Part shown: one piece after another, positions 40,016-50,380 of the stretch
Numbering within the stretch: position 1 is the first letter of the stretch
Layout of the letters: the number at the start of each line of letters is the position of its first letter
Origin: an uncultured Clostridia bacterium
GTDB lineage: Bacteria > Bacillota > Clostridia > Christensenellales > UBA1242
Assembly: GCA_944381145.1 (NCBI GenBank)
Contig: CALWJZ010000004.1
Span: forward strand, 13,314 to 77,313
DNA: 64,000 nt
Direction of reading: 5' to 3'
Notes under the pieces: model-generated
Told to the model about the DNA's origin: nothing
The model's input: only the letters and a program-made list of their open reading frames with translations
Databases searched by the model: none
Position numbers and translations under genes: made by a program

Positions 40016-40664
40016 ATATCGTTGCAAATTATGTGGAGCAGAATTTGAAGTAGAAGAAGGTATTGAAGCCGTTTGCCCTGTTTGTGGTGCTGTTGGAGAT
40101 AATTTAGAGATGATTAGTTCTACACCAAAAAATAAATATTCTGGAACTAGAACTGAAAAAAATTTACAAGCTGCTTTTGCTGGAGAAAGTCAAGCAAGAA
40201 ATAAATATACTTATTTTGCATCTGTTGCAAAAAAAGAAGGAATGGAACAAATTTCTGCTTTATTTTTGAAAACTGCAGATAATGAAAAAGAGCATGCAAA
40301 AATGTGGTTCAAAGAATTAGGTGGATTAGGTACAACTTCTGATAATTTACTTTCTGCTGCTGAAGGAGAAAATTTCGAATGGACAGACATGTATGCAGAA
40401 TTTGCAAAAGTTGCTAGAGAAGAAGGATTCGAAGAGCTTGCAGAAAAATTTGAAGGAGTTGCAAAAATAGAAAAGCATCATGAAGAGAGATACAGAGCCC
40501 TACTTCACAATGTTGAAACAAAACAAGTATTTGAAAAATCTGAAGTTAAAGTTTGGGAATGTAGAAATTGTGGACACATTTGTGTTGGTACAAAAGCTCC
40601 TGAAACTTGCCCAGTTTGCAATCATCCACAAAGTTATTTCGAATTAGTTTGCGAAAATTATTAA
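40002..40664 (+). CDS. rbr: Rubrerythrin with an extra N-terminal rubredoxin-like domain
   Basis: ATG 40002 follows GGGAGAAAAA. N-terminal CKLC...CPVC, ferritin-like ExxH pairs ([16 protein letters not shown]), and C-terminal CRNC...CPVC. Confidence 0.9.
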   Translation: MKTIKYRCKLCGAEFEVEEGIEAVCPVCGAVGDNLEMISSTPKNKYSGTRTEKNLQAAFAGESQARNKYTYFASVAKKEGMEQISALFLKTADNEKEHAKMWFKELGGLGTTSDNLLSAAEGENFEWTDMYAEFAKVAREEGFEELAEKFEGVAKIEKHHEERYRALLHNVETKQVFEKSEVKVWECRNCGHICVGTKAPETCPVCNHPQSYFELVCENY

Positions 40665-40671
40665 TTATAAA

Positions 40672-40730
40672 CAAAAAAACTATCTTGAGAAGAATTTATA
40701 AATTATTATCTTCTAAAGATAGTTTTTTTA
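40672..40730. terminator. Long bidirectional terminator hairpin
   Basis: Outer stem AACTATCTT/AAGATAGTT with inner AGAAGA/TCTTCT, A-run before and T-run after. Confidence 0.65.
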
Positions 40731-40740
40731 TTTAAATGTT

Positions 40741-42954
40741 TTATTTTTTTACTGCATAAATATTGCCGTCAACAGTACCATATATTGCATCCATTTTCAC
40801 AACAAAAATATTATATGGTGCACCATTTATCTCAAGTGTAATATTATTTCCAATAACATCTTTCAAAGGTATTGTACTTGAAATTAAAGTTTCAGTCGGA
40901 TTTTCAGGATCTAAGCAGATTTTAAAATCAAAATTATCAATACTTTCACATCTTACAAAATAATATAAATCTTGATTTTGACTAATATTTATATTTTTTA
41001 TTGTATCTTTGTTTGTATTGTTTACAAAAACAAAATCTTTTAATTCGGAAAAATTATTATTATTTGTAAAATATATACCTTCGTAAGCAACATTTGGAAA
41101 TTCCATTTGAGAAAAATTTAATGAAAAAAACTGTTGCAAACTAGGATTCAAGACAATTTTGGAAGTAATTGAGTATTCATATAAATGCTCTTTATTTTTT
41201 ATTGTTATAGGAACATTACTAACGCCATTAAATTCTTTTGGGTTTTCTACAAATATTTCATTGCTCGCTTTGACATCATATAAATAAAAAGTTGCACTTG
41301 AAATAGTTATAGATTTATTAGATTCATAATCAAATCCTCTCAATTCTACGAATAGAGAATTTTGTTTATAATCACCATATGTTCCATCTGGATTTTTTTC
41401 AAATAAATCTTCAGTCATAAAGTATATCATATCATAAGAAGCATAATGATAATCTATTAGTCCATAATCTAATTTCTCGCCATTTTTTATGTAAGCCACA
41501 AAATAAAAATAATGATTATCAAGATTGGTTTTGTTACCAATTATTTCTGTATGTAAATGAATTCTTGTGTATTTAAATCTATCAAAAGGATCTTGATTTT
41601 GTCTATCTTCTTGAAAATGTTTATAATCCATTTGTATATACAAAATTGCACTTCCAATTTTATAATTTGTAATGTTTCCATTATTTACAGTATCTCTTTC
41701 TAGCAAAAAATTTTCTACTACATTTTTGTTAATAACAAAATATTTTAATCCATTTTGACTTATTATTTCAAGTTCTAATTTGTTTGTAGGTGAAGGTTTT
41801 TCTTTTTCGTAATTTAATAGATAAATATTTAAGTATTGAGTATCAATTTTGCTCTGAATATTAAAATAAATAGAATCGGACAATTGAAGTTTATCGACAT
41901 CATTAACTAAATCATCACTATCTAAATCATCTCCAATATATATTCTATGAACATCATAACGATTGTTATAAACAAAACTTTCGTCAGTCATTTCTATACA
42001 AAAATCTTCGATTTTATCTAATTTATCATCTGATTCTACATACTGTCTATCAGATTTTACATAAGATTGCAATGAAAAAGTTTCAGAATTATTAGAGCTC
42101 AAATTTGTAAATAAGTAGAAAATATTAGGGCTTTTTTGTATATCAAATCCTTTGTCTTCTACATAATTAGGAATTGAGCTAGATAATTTTAAATCTTCTT
42201 TTATAGGTCCCAAGTAGTAAATTCTTGTATCGTTTTGATAATTTATATAATAATATGAATTCCCTCTTTTTGACGAATCATAAGTTGCAAAAATGTTTGA
42301 ACCAATACTAGTTTTCTTAGCGTCTAATGTAAAATTTCCAATTTCGCTATATACAGTTTCTACATATTCAGAATCTGATGATTTTTTGAAAATCAAAAAT
42401 GCATATTCTCCGTATTCTACACTCGCTATTCGTGAAACAAAGTTTATTTTGTTTGTAATTATATTGTCATTTAAATTTGTAAGATTATCTAAACTATCTT
42501 CGTCAACCGTAACAATTGAAAAATTACCTGCTTGTAAATTTTTATCTAATTCTATATTAAATTCCAATTTTGGCATATTTGATAAATCTATGTCTAGTTT
42601 TAGGTCTCGTTTTACTGAATCTATTTTTATTGTTATAGTTTTTCCAACAGAATATTGCAAATTTTCAACTACAGAGGCATCAAAATTTACTTCGTGGGCA
42701 TATGGAACACCATCAATTTTGGTATCAATTTTTGTATGGTCAAACCCCTCAGGAACTTTGAATGTAATAATCGCTGGTTCATTAAATTTGACTTGTTTTT
42801 TATAATCAACCAAATTATTTTTTAGTTCAGAATCAACGCCTATAAAATTCACATCAATTGTCAAAGTATTTGGAGAACAACAACTTGAAAACAAAAATCC
42901 ACATAATATTATGCCTATTATCAAACAAAAATATTTAATTTTAGATTTAATCAT
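40741..42954 (-). CDS. Large lipoprotein of unknown function (737 aa)
   Basis: Signal peptide with lipobox-like FSSCCS, then an N/D/Y/F-rich, probably beta-rich mature part. Confidence 0.6.
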   Translation of the reverse strand: MIKSKIKYFCLIIGIILCGFLFSSCCSPNTLTIDVNFIGVDSELKNNLVDYKKQVKFNEPAIITFKVPEGFDHTKIDTKIDGVPYAHEVNFDASVVENLQYSVGKTITIKIDSVKRDLKLDIDLSNMPKLEFNIELDKNLQAGNFSIVTVDEDSLDNLTNLNDNIITNKINFVSRIASVEYGEYAFLIFKKSSDSEYVETVYSEIGNFTLDAKKTSIGSNIFATYDSSKRGNSYYYINYQNDTRIYYLGPIKEDLKLSSSIPNYVEDKGFDIQKSPNIFYLFTNLSSNNSETFSLQSYVKSDRQYVESDDKLDKIEDFCIEMTDESFVYNNRYDVHRIYIGDDLDSDDLVNDVDKLQLSDSIYFNIQSKIDTQYLNIYLLNYEKEKPSPTNKLELEIISQNGLKYFVINKNVVENFLLERDTVNNGNITNYKIGSAILYIQMDYKHFQEDRQNQDPFDRFKYTRIHLHTEIIGNKTNLDNHYFYFVAYIKNGEKLDYGLIDYHYASYDMIYFMTEDLFEKNPDGTYGDYKQNSLFVELRGFDYESNKSITISSATFYLYDVKASNEIFVENPKEFNGVSNVPITIKNKEHLYEYSITSKIVLNPSLQQFFSLNFSQMEFPNVAYEGIYFTNNNNFSELKDFVFVNNTNKDTIKNINISQNQDLYYFVRCESIDNFDFKICLDPENPTETLISSTIPLKDVIGNNITLEINGAPYNIFVVKMDAIYGTVDGNIYAVKK

Positions 42955-42987
42955 AATTTCTCCTTTGTAAATTACTGCGAACCTATA

Positions 42988-43608
42988 TTACAAATTTATT
43001 GACTGCAAAACATAATACCCTTTGTCTCTTTGCAAAATTTGACAATTACCAAAAATTTCCGTCATATATTTTTTTGTAGAATCTGCGCCTAAATTTTTTT
43101 TGATAACAATTGTAAGGCTACCATTTTTTGATAAAAAGTTTCTTGCATTATTCAACAAATCCAATAAAATTTTTTTTCCTGTTTTTATTGGTGGATTTGA
43201 TATTATGTGATTATATTTTTTTGCCACATTTTCCCACAGATCACTAACAAAAACATCTTTAATGTTGTCATATTTATTTGAATTTATTTTAGCCAAATCA
43301 ACTGCTAAATCATTTATATCACACATATCAATTTCTGCATTTAAAATAGTACTTAGTATTATTCCTATCGCACCATATCCACAACAAATATCTAAAATAT
43401 TACCTGTATAAAAATTTTTTAATTTACAAATCGTTTTTATCAAAATCAAACTACCTTGATCAACTTGATTTTTGCTAAAAACATCTCTACAACTTGTAAA
43501 TTCAAATTTTTTATCAAAAAGTTCGAAAGAAAATTTAAAAAACTCGCTACTATCATGAGTACTACTTATAAAATAATGATGAAAATTATTTGACGACTTC
43601 ATAACCAT
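42988..43608 (-). CDS. Class I SAM-dependent methyltransferase (RsmC/RlmG small-domain-like)
   Basis: Motif I DICCGYGAIG and motif IV NPPI. Overlaps the cysS 3' end. Confidence 0.8.
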   Translation of the reverse strand: MVMKSSNNFHHYFISSTHDSSEFFKFSFELFDKKFEFTSCRDVFSKNQVDQGSLILIKTICKLKNFYTGNILDICCGYGAIGIILSTILNAEIDMCDINDLAVDLAKINSNKYDNIKDVFVSDLWENVAKKYNHIISNPPIKTGKKILLDLLNNARNFLSKNGSLTIVIKKNLGADSTKKYMTEIFGNCQILQRDKGYYVLQSINL

Positions 43609-44971
43609 CTTTTGAATCCAAAATTTTATATCCTTTTTTTACAATTTCATCTCTTAATAAATCTGCAGTTTTCCAATCTTTGTTAAGTTTAGCATTCCAA
43701 CGTTGTTTTGCCATTTCCAAAATATCATCTGGAATATCAATAAAAGTATTTTTTTCTTGTTGAATTTCGGATAACTTTAATCCAAAAACTCTATCAAAAT
43801 CAATAGCCAAATTGTACACATCAATGCTTTTTTCTTCTGATTTTAACATATCGAACAAAATACCTATTGCTAGTGGAGTATTCAAATTATCATTAATTGC
43901 TTCTAGGAATTTAGATTTATAATTAGTAATTTTTTCACTAGAAATCTTGTAATTACCATTCTTATGTTCCAATACCAATTTTCTTAAATTATTTAAAGAT
44001 ATCTGAGCTGATTTAATAGCATCAAAAGTGAAATTTATTTTTTTTGTATAATTAGTATTTAAACAAAAAAATTTATACGCTAAAGGTTCATATCCCATTT
44101 CTTTTAGTTGTGTTAAAGTATAAATATTATTTAAACTTTTGCTCATTTTTCCACCATCAACAAGCACAAACTCATTATGTAACCACATTTCTACAACTTT
44201 ATGTCCAAACGCACAATCATTTTGAGCAATTTCATTTTCATGGTGTATAGGTAGATGATCAATTCCTCCTGTATGTATATCGAAATGATCACCCAAAATA
44301 TCTCCACTCATTGCTGAACATTCTATATGCCAGCCAGGACACCCTACTCCCCAAGGACTATCCCATTTCATTATATGACTTTCTGGCACAAATTTCCAAA
44401 GAGCGAAATCAAAAGGGTGCTTTTTGCTAGTATTTTCTTCTACTCGACCAATTCCAACATCTTCCAAACTTTTGTTACTCAATTGTCCATAATTTTGAAA
44501 TTTTGAAACATCAAAATAAACGCCATCATCAATAATATATGTATAACCTTTTGCTTCTAATTTTTTGATAAATTCAATCATTTGAGGAATATATTCAGTA
44601 GCTTTTGTTATATGTTCAGGAATATCAATATTTAACATTTCAAGATCTTTGAAGAAAATATTTGTATAATATTCAGCTATTTCATAAGGGGTCTTATTTT
44701 CTCTTTTTGCAGATTTTTCCATTTTATCTTCGCCATCATCTGCATCACTTGTCAAATGTCCTACATCGGTTATATTCATAACACCATCTATTTCATAGCC
44801 ATTATACTTAATTACCCTTCTTAACGTATCCATGAAAATATAAGCTCTCATATTTCCAATGTGTGGCAAATAATATACTGTAGGTCCACATGTATACATT
44901 TTGACAATATTTCCATTGATAGGAATTAGTTCTTCATTTCTTTTTGTTAAAGTATTATATAATTTAATCAT
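43586..44971 (-). CDS. cysS: Cysteine--tRNA ligase
   Basis: HIGNMR (HIGH) and KMSKS motifs, 461 aa. Confidence 0.95.
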   Translation of the reverse strand: MIKLYNTLTKRNEELIPINGNIVKMYTCGPTVYYLPHIGNMRAYIFMDTLRRVIKYNGYEIDGVMNITDVGHLTSDADDGEDKMEKSAKRENKTPYEIAEYYTNIFFKDLEMLNIDIPEHITKATEYIPQMIEFIKKLEAKGYTYIIDDGVYFDVSKFQNYGQLSNKSLEDVGIGRVEENTSKKHPFDFALWKFVPESHIMKWDSPWGVGCPGWHIECSAMSGDILGDHFDIHTGGIDHLPIHHENEIAQNDCAFGHKVVEMWLHNEFVLVDGGKMSKSLNNIYTLTQLKEMGYEPLAYKFFCLNTNYTKKINFTFDAIKSAQISLNNLRKLVLEHKNGNYKISSEKITNYKSKFLEAINDNLNTPLAIGILFDMLKSEEKSIDVYNLAIDFDRVFGLKLSEIQQEKNTFIDIPDDILEMAKQRWNAKLNKDWKTADLLRDEIVKKGYKILDSKDGYEVVK

Positions 44972-45383
44972 TTTTATATCCTTTTAATTGATTTACAATT
45001 TGCTCAATAACATTATTTAATTTAACAAATTCAATATTCTTTTTTGATAATAAATTATTTTTCAAATCTTCTTTATATTTTTTTAAATTCTGTTTACCCA
45101 AATTTGTTATTCTATAAAAAATATTTTTGGAATTTTCTAAATTCTTATAACTAATAATTAAATTTTCTTTGATCATAGATTTAAGAATATTAGCAAGGTT
45201 GCTTTTTGCAATGCACAACTTAAATATCATATCACCTGGAGTACAATCCCTTTCTTCTAATAAAAACAAAATTTTTATTTTAGTTGTAAGAGTCATATCT
45301 TTGCTTTCTTTACAAATTGAAAAACCATCACACAAATTATTAAGCAGTATTCTAAGTTCAATTAAATTGTCAATCAAATTCAT
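44964..45383 (-). CDS. MarR-family transcriptional regulator
   Basis: 139 aa with a wHTH pattern (TPGDMIFKLCIAKSNLANILKSMIKENLI). Overlaps the cysS start by 8 nt. Confidence 0.7.
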   Translation of the reverse strand: MNLIDNLIELRILLNNLCDGFSICKESKDMTLTTKIKILFLLEERDCTPGDMIFKLCIAKSNLANILKSMIKENLIISYKNLENSKNIFYRITNLGKQNLKKYKEDLKNNLLSKKNIEFVKLNNVIEQIVNQLKGYKND

Positions 45384-45626
45384 AAATTCTCCAAGATAGT
45401 TAAGTTACATTCTAAAAATTATTATGATAATTAGTATGCTATTGTTAATAATCAATGTTATTACAATGCAAGTTACTAAGTCATTAATAACTATAGCATA
45501 AATACGATTTTAAATCAAATATACTTAATTATAAATTTGCATGAAAAATCAAAATCTTTTATAAAATAATTTGGATTTAGATGAAAATAATATATAATAA
45601 AGATAAATTTATTTTAGGAGTGAAAA

Positions 45627-47024
45627 TTGAGAAAAACAAAAATAATTGCAACAATTGGTCCTGCAACCAATAATCATAAAAATTTAAAAAGTCTGATTCT
45701 AAGTGGCGCAAATGTTTTAAGAATTAATTTTAGCCATGGAAGTATAGAAGATCACGAAAATACGATTAATTTAGTTAAATCTGTAAGAGAAGAATTAAAT
45801 ATGCCTGTAGCTATAATGGTAGATACAAGAGGTCCTGAAGTTAGAGTTAAGTCTTTTGATGGTGGTAGTGGTATTCTAAAGAAAAATAAATTATTTACCT
45901 TGTATGGATATTCAAAATTAGGTTCCAATGAGGGTGTTAGCGTATCAGAACCAAATTGCTTAAAAAATCTAAAAAAAGGCAACATTATATTAGCTAATGA
46001 TGGCCTAATAAAATTATCAGTATTAGAAAATAAAAATTACGAAGTTGTTTGCAAAGTTATTTCAGGAGGTATTTTAAGCGATAATAAAGGTTTGAATTTC
46101 AAAGATGTTCCTTTAAATTTACCCTATATAAGTTCAAAAGACAAAAAAGACTTAGAAATGGCCTTTAGAAATGGGTGTGACATGATTTCTGCCAGTTTCG
46201 TTAACTCAAAGCAAGACATCATTGACTTAAAAAAATTATTAAGAGAAAATAAATATACTTGCAAAATAATTGCAAAAATTGAAAGTCTACAAGGTATAAA
46301 AAATATTGAAGAAATACTTGAAGAAGCAGATGGGATAATGGTTGCTAGAGGAGATTTGGGAGTTGAATTACCACAAAAAAAGCTACCAAAAATACAAATG
46401 GATTTGATTGATATAGCTGTAAAATGTGGAAAAACAGTTATTGTAGCTACAGAAATGCTAGAAAGCATGATAAATAATCCTCGTCCCACTAGAGCTGAAA
46501 CAGTTGATGTAGCAAATGCTGTTTACAATGGAACATCTGCAGTCATGTTATCTGCTGAAACAGCTGTTGGTTCTTATCCTGACAAAGCAGTAAAAACAAT
46601 GTCAGAAATCTGTATGCAAGCAGAAAAAGACATTAATTACAAAAAACTATTTTTTAACACTATTTTTGTTAGTTACGATTTAACCGATGTGTTAAGCCAT
46701 AGTGCTACAAGTTGTGCGTTTAAATTAAATGCAAACGCTATTGTTTTGTATACTAATACAGGCAAAACAGCAAGTATGATTGCTAGATACAAACCAGAAG
46801 CCCCTATTGTTGCTATTACGGACAATATTCAAACATATAACTTTTTGAGTATGGAATGGAATGTTTTGCCTATATATTCAAAAATTGATAATGTTGATAT
46901 CTTTGATTTGGCATGTTCAATTGTTAAACAAAAAAATTTAGCTAATGTCAATGATAGAATAATAGTCACAACAGGAACTACAGATAAAATAAGTAACGTT
47001 ATGAAAGTTTGTACTATATCTTAA
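45627..47024 (+). CDS. pyk: Pyruvate kinase
   Basis: TTG start 6 nt after AGGAG. RKTKIIATIGPA, MVARGDLGVE. Confidence 0.95.
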   Translation: MRKTKIIATIGPATNNHKNLKSLILSGANVLRINFSHGSIEDHENTINLVKSVREELNMPVAIMVDTRGPEVRVKSFDGGSGILKKNKLFTLYGYSKLGSNEGVSVSEPNCLKNLKKGNIILANDGLIKLSVLENKNYEVVCKVISGGILSDNKGLNFKDVPLNLPYISSKDKKDLEMAFRNGCDMISASFVNSKQDIIDLKKLLRENKYTCKIIAKIESLQGIKNIEEILEEADGIMVARGDLGVELPQKKLPKIQMDLIDIAVKCGKTVIVATEMLESMINNPRPTRAETVDVANAVYNGTSAVMLSAETAVGSYPDKAVKTMSEICMQAEKDINYKKLFFNTIFVSYDLTDVLSHSATSCAFKLNANAIVLYTNTGKTASMIARYKPEAPIVAITDNIQTYNFLSMEWNVLPIYSKIDNVDIFDLACSIVKQKNLANVNDRIIVTTGTTDKISNVMKVCTIS

Positions 47025-47029
47025 ATCTA

Positions 47030-47686
47030 ATGTTTATGAAATGTCTAAACCGAAATACTCTCAAGTTAATAGCATTGATAACAATGCTTTTAGATCATAT
47101 TGGTTATTTGTTTTTTCCAAACATTATATTATTTAGAATTATTGGTAGATTATCATTTCCAATATTTGCTTTTTTTGTGTCTGAAGGTTATAAATATACA
47201 AAATCAAAAAAGAAATACTTATTAACTATGATTTGTTTTGCATTGTTGTCACAACCTATTTTTATGCTAACTATCAACAATCATATGTTAAATATATTAT
47301 TTACTTTTAGTTTTGCAATTGTTTTACTTATGTTTATAGACAACTTTTCAAAAGACAAAGTATTATATTCTATTTATATCTTGCTTATTGTAATAATTCT
47401 TATAACATTAACCATAATGAATGCCATAGATTACGGCATTTTTGGTGTTTTACTTGTGATTTTATTTAACAAAATAAAAAATATAATAATCAAATATGTT
47501 TTTGCTACAATTTGTTTGTGTTTGTTATTAACATATAGTTTCATATATCAATTATATTCAATTTTATCAATTTTTTTATTATTACTGTATAATGGAGAAA
47601 AAGGAAATTTAAATCTCAAATATTTGTTCTATGCTTTCTATCCTTTACATTTATTCATTCTTTTTGTAATTAAATTATTACTTTAA
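47030..47686 (+). CDS. TraX-family membrane protein
   Basis: LKLIALITMLLDHIGYLFF is the TraX signature. The start is uncertain (47009 TTG, 47030 or 47036 ATG). Confidence 0.7.
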   Translation: MFMKCLNRNTLKLIALITMLLDHIGYLFFPNIILFRIIGRLSFPIFAFFVSEGYKYTKSKKKYLLTMICFALLSQPIFMLTINNHMLNILFTFSFAIVLLMFIDNFSKDKVLYSIYILLIVIILITLTIMNAIDYGIFGVLLVILFNKIKNIIIKYVFATICLCLLLTYSFIYQLYSILSIFLLLLYNGEKGNLNLKYLFYAFYPLHLFILFVIKLLL

Positions 47687-47718
47687 AAAAACTTGTATGT
47701 TTTCATACAAGTTTTTTA
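47684..47718. terminator. Bidirectional terminator between traX-like gene and ypeB
   Basis: 10-bp stem AACTTGTATG/CATACAAGTT with flanking A and T runs. Confidence 0.7.
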
Positions 47719-49032
47719 TTCTAACAAATCTCCATTTGTTGTATTTATAACTCTCAAAATATTTGCTTCCTCACCAGTGTTGCTATCTATATAAATGTAA
47801 TAAGTGTAATTCTTCCATGTACAAATAAATTCATAAGCAGATAGTTCTCCAACATATTTGTCTGGAATTATACAATAATTTCTTTCTTTCACTTCCAAAA
47901 TTTCACTTAATTTATCTTGTGCTTGAGTAATAGAAATTGAAGATGTGAAAGTACGATCTTGATTATTTGTTGCATAGTTTGTTGCTTCCCAACCAACAAC
48001 TTGTCCCGAAGTCAAATCAATTTTAACTTTAATCAGATCGCTATAATATATTACTGAATTAACAATCTTAGCTAAATTTATATATTGTATGTTGCCCGTA
48101 ACTTGTGTCCATACTGAATACATATTATCTATTCCAACTTTTTTTGCAAAACTTTCTGCTATTTGAACACCATCTTCATAAGAATACTTATTTTCCCCAA
48201 CATTACCAAATGAGGTAATTGAAAGTAAAAAGCCTCCTTTTTTTGTTATAGAAACACTTAATCTACTACCAGTTACAACTTCGAAATTATATGTTTCAAA
48301 TTTGCCTTGCGTAAAATTTATATATCTGACATTTTGTGTTTCAAAAATATTTTTTACTTTTTCTTCTGCTTCCAATTGAGAAAATTCAACATCGTCTAGA
48401 CCAACTATATCTTTATTTAAAACACTCTCTGAAAATGGTCCGTCATAAATTAAACTTGGTAATTCAGCATTTGAACTTTCTGTATCAATAACACCTGCAG
48501 AAAAATCATTTGCTTCTTCTTTGAAATCAATATTATCTAATATATTATAATCATACTTTAAATTTGACATATAGTAATTGAGATCATATTTGATTTCGAG
48601 TATTGTTGTATGCAAATCATCTAACTGTTTGTAATCATCTGTAGTAATATCATTACCTAAATAAATTTTATTCATAAGGCTATATGAATAACCACTCATT
48701 GTATTCAAAAAACTATTAATTTTTGTCAACTTTGAATAGTTTATTGGCAATAAATTTAAGTTATTGACAGTTAAGTTTGAATTTGAATATAATTGTGAAA
48801 GCAATTCTCTTAATGCATTGGAGTCTTTGGTTGCTACTATTTTCGAAATATCAACTTCCATATTATTTATATTTGATACAACTTCATAAAAACTTTTTTT
48901 GTAATTATTCTCTAATTGAGTTTTGTAATTATTTGATGTATTCAAATAGCTTAAAAACAAACATAAAAATATTATGCTACACGAACCTAATATTGTTATA
49001 AAAACATACAATAAATTATTATTTTTTTTCAT
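47716..49032 (-). CDS. ypeB: Germination protein YpeB
   Basis: N-terminal TM. ENNYKKSFYEVVSNI compares with B. subtilis ENNYQRAFHELTYQV. PepSY-like C-terminal repeats. Lies directly after sleB. Confidence 0.75.
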   Translation of the reverse strand: MKKNNNLLYVFITILGSCSIIFLCLFLSYLNTSNNYKTQLENNYKKSFYEVVSNINNMEVDISKIVATKDSNALRELLSQLYSNSNLTVNNLNLLPINYSKLTKINSFLNTMSGYSYSLMNKIYLGNDITTDDYKQLDDLHTTILEIKYDLNYYMSNLKYDYNILDNIDFKEEANDFSAGVIDTESSNAELPSLIYDGPFSESVLNKDIVGLDDVEFSQLEAEEKVKNIFETQNVRYINFTQGKFETYNFEVVTGSRLSVSITKKGGFLLSITSFGNVGENKYSYEDGVQIAESFAKKVGIDNMYSVWTQVTGNIQYINLAKIVNSVIYYSDLIKVKIDLTSGQVVGWEATNYATNNQDRTFTSSISITQAQDKLSEILEVKERNYCIIPDKYVGELSAYEFICTWKNYTYYIYIDSNTGEEANILRVINTTNGDLLE

Positions 49033-49040
49033 AATTTCAC

Positions 49041-49685
49041 CTATATTGCAAAAACATGATCTCCATATGTTACAACAGTTTGTCTATTGAAAATCCAGCT
49101 ACTACTTGCAGTGTTAGGATTATAGTAATACAAACAGCCATAAGTTGGATCCCAACCATTCAAAGCATCTGTTGCTGCTTGAAAACTTGCCGCCTCAGGC
49201 TCCAAGTCTATTTGACCATCATGCACTGCAGTAAATGCCCATGGTTGATAAATTACACCATATATTGTATTTGGAAAATCTGGACTAGCGACTCTATTTA
49301 AAATCACTGCACCGACTGCGACCATACCAATATAAGGTTCCCCTCTTGCTTCGGCGTGAATACATTTGGCAAGAAGATACAAATCATTGCTCTCTTGTTC
49401 CGTCATATAAATACCCAAAGCATTTGCAGTTATTCCACCTACTGCACCCGACACATATATTCCATTGTCAGCTTGAAATTCTTTTATAGCCACAACAGTT
49501 GCATCATCATAAATTCCATTAATTGCACCATTATAATAACCTAGTTCTTTCAACCTAGACTGTATTTCATACATATGTGTGTCATAGGCATATGCATCTT
49601 TGTTTTTTAACCCAAAAAAACATATTACAAAAGAAAATGATATACAAAGCACAAACATCATACAAATTAATAATTTTTTTGCCAT
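49041..49685 (-). CDS. sleB: Spore cortex-lytic enzyme SleB
   Basis: Signal peptide, PG-binding domain (LGYYNGAINGIYDDATVVAIKEFQ), and Hydrolase_2 domain (AEARGEPYIGMVAVGAVILNRV). Confidence 0.88.
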   Translation of the reverse strand: MAKKLLICMMFVLCISFSFVICFFGLKNKDAYAYDTHMYEIQSRLKELGYYNGAINGIYDDATVVAIKEFQADNGIYVSGAVGGITANALGIYMTEQESNDLYLLAKCIHAEARGEPYIGMVAVGAVILNRVASPDFPNTIYGVIYQPWAFTAVHDGQIDLEPEAASFQAATDALNGWDPTYGCLYYYNPNTASSSWIFNRQTVVTYGDHVFAI

Positions 49686-49686
49686 A

Positions 49687-50217
49687 TCAACCTCCGAAAA
49701 AATTGTTTATAAGTTCTAGCAATTTACTTTTGTATTTTATAGAATTATTGCCATTATCTTCTCCAATGAAACATAATGGAGGATAAGCTACACACCACCA
49801 ATTATTACCAGAACCTGACCCTAAATTAATGATTAATGCATCATAATAATCGGCTTTGAAAACTTTGCCATTATAACTGCGACTAGGGAAATATTCATTA
49901 GATAATTTTGCATTAGCACTATAATCGAAATTATTTTTTGATAAGACATTATTTGAAACAGATTCAATATTTTGCAAATTAATTTGTAGTATTTTTTTTA
50001 CATCTTCACTATCTTTGCAATTTACAAGCAATGGTGTAATGTAATTTATGACTTCATCTCTTACTGATAGTTTAATGTTTTGATCAGTATCATCATTTGA
50101 ATTTGCTCTGATATGTATTCTAATCACATCATTATTAATGTTGCTTTTTATTTCTGTACAACCAAAGAAAGGCATACATATAAACATCATCATAAAAACA
50201 ATAAAAACTTTTTTCAT
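49687..50217 (-). CDS. spoIIR: Stage II sporulation protein R
   Basis: VIRIHIRANSNDDTDQNIKLSVRDEV is the SpoIIR signature. Signal peptide present. Confidence 0.85.
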   Translation of the reverse strand: MKKVFIVFMMMFICMPFFGCTEIKSNINNDVIRIHIRANSNDDTDQNIKLSVRDEVINYITPLLVNCKDSEDVKKILQINLQNIESVSNNVLSKNNFDYSANAKLSNEYFPSRSYNGKVFKADYYDALIINLGSGSGNNWWCVAYPPLCFIGEDNGNNSIKYKSKLLELINNFFGG

Positions 50218-50324
50218 AACTACTCTCCAATCTATGATTTAATTGTTGACTAGTTTAATTATGTTATAATATATTAATTTGTCGAATTTTTAAATAAGAG
50301 CGATTTTAATTTTGATTTTAAACA

Positions 50325-50357
50325 TAAAAAAAACAGGCTACAATAATTGTAACCTGT
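50325..50357 (-). terminator. Intrinsic terminator after the SPOCS/LysM gene
   Basis: ACAGGTTAC/GTAGCCTGT hairpin followed by 8 U on the minus strand. Confidence 0.7.
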
Positions 50358-50380
50358 AAAAATCTTGGGGAATTTTTTAT

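Noticed and set aside
42293-42805. 170-aa plus-strand ORF
   Set aside because: It is antisense within the 737-aa lipoprotein gene.
45400-45480. Repeated AAGTTAC heptamers between marR and pyk as a MarR operator
   Set aside because: There are only two short copies without dyad symmetry, which is not above background.
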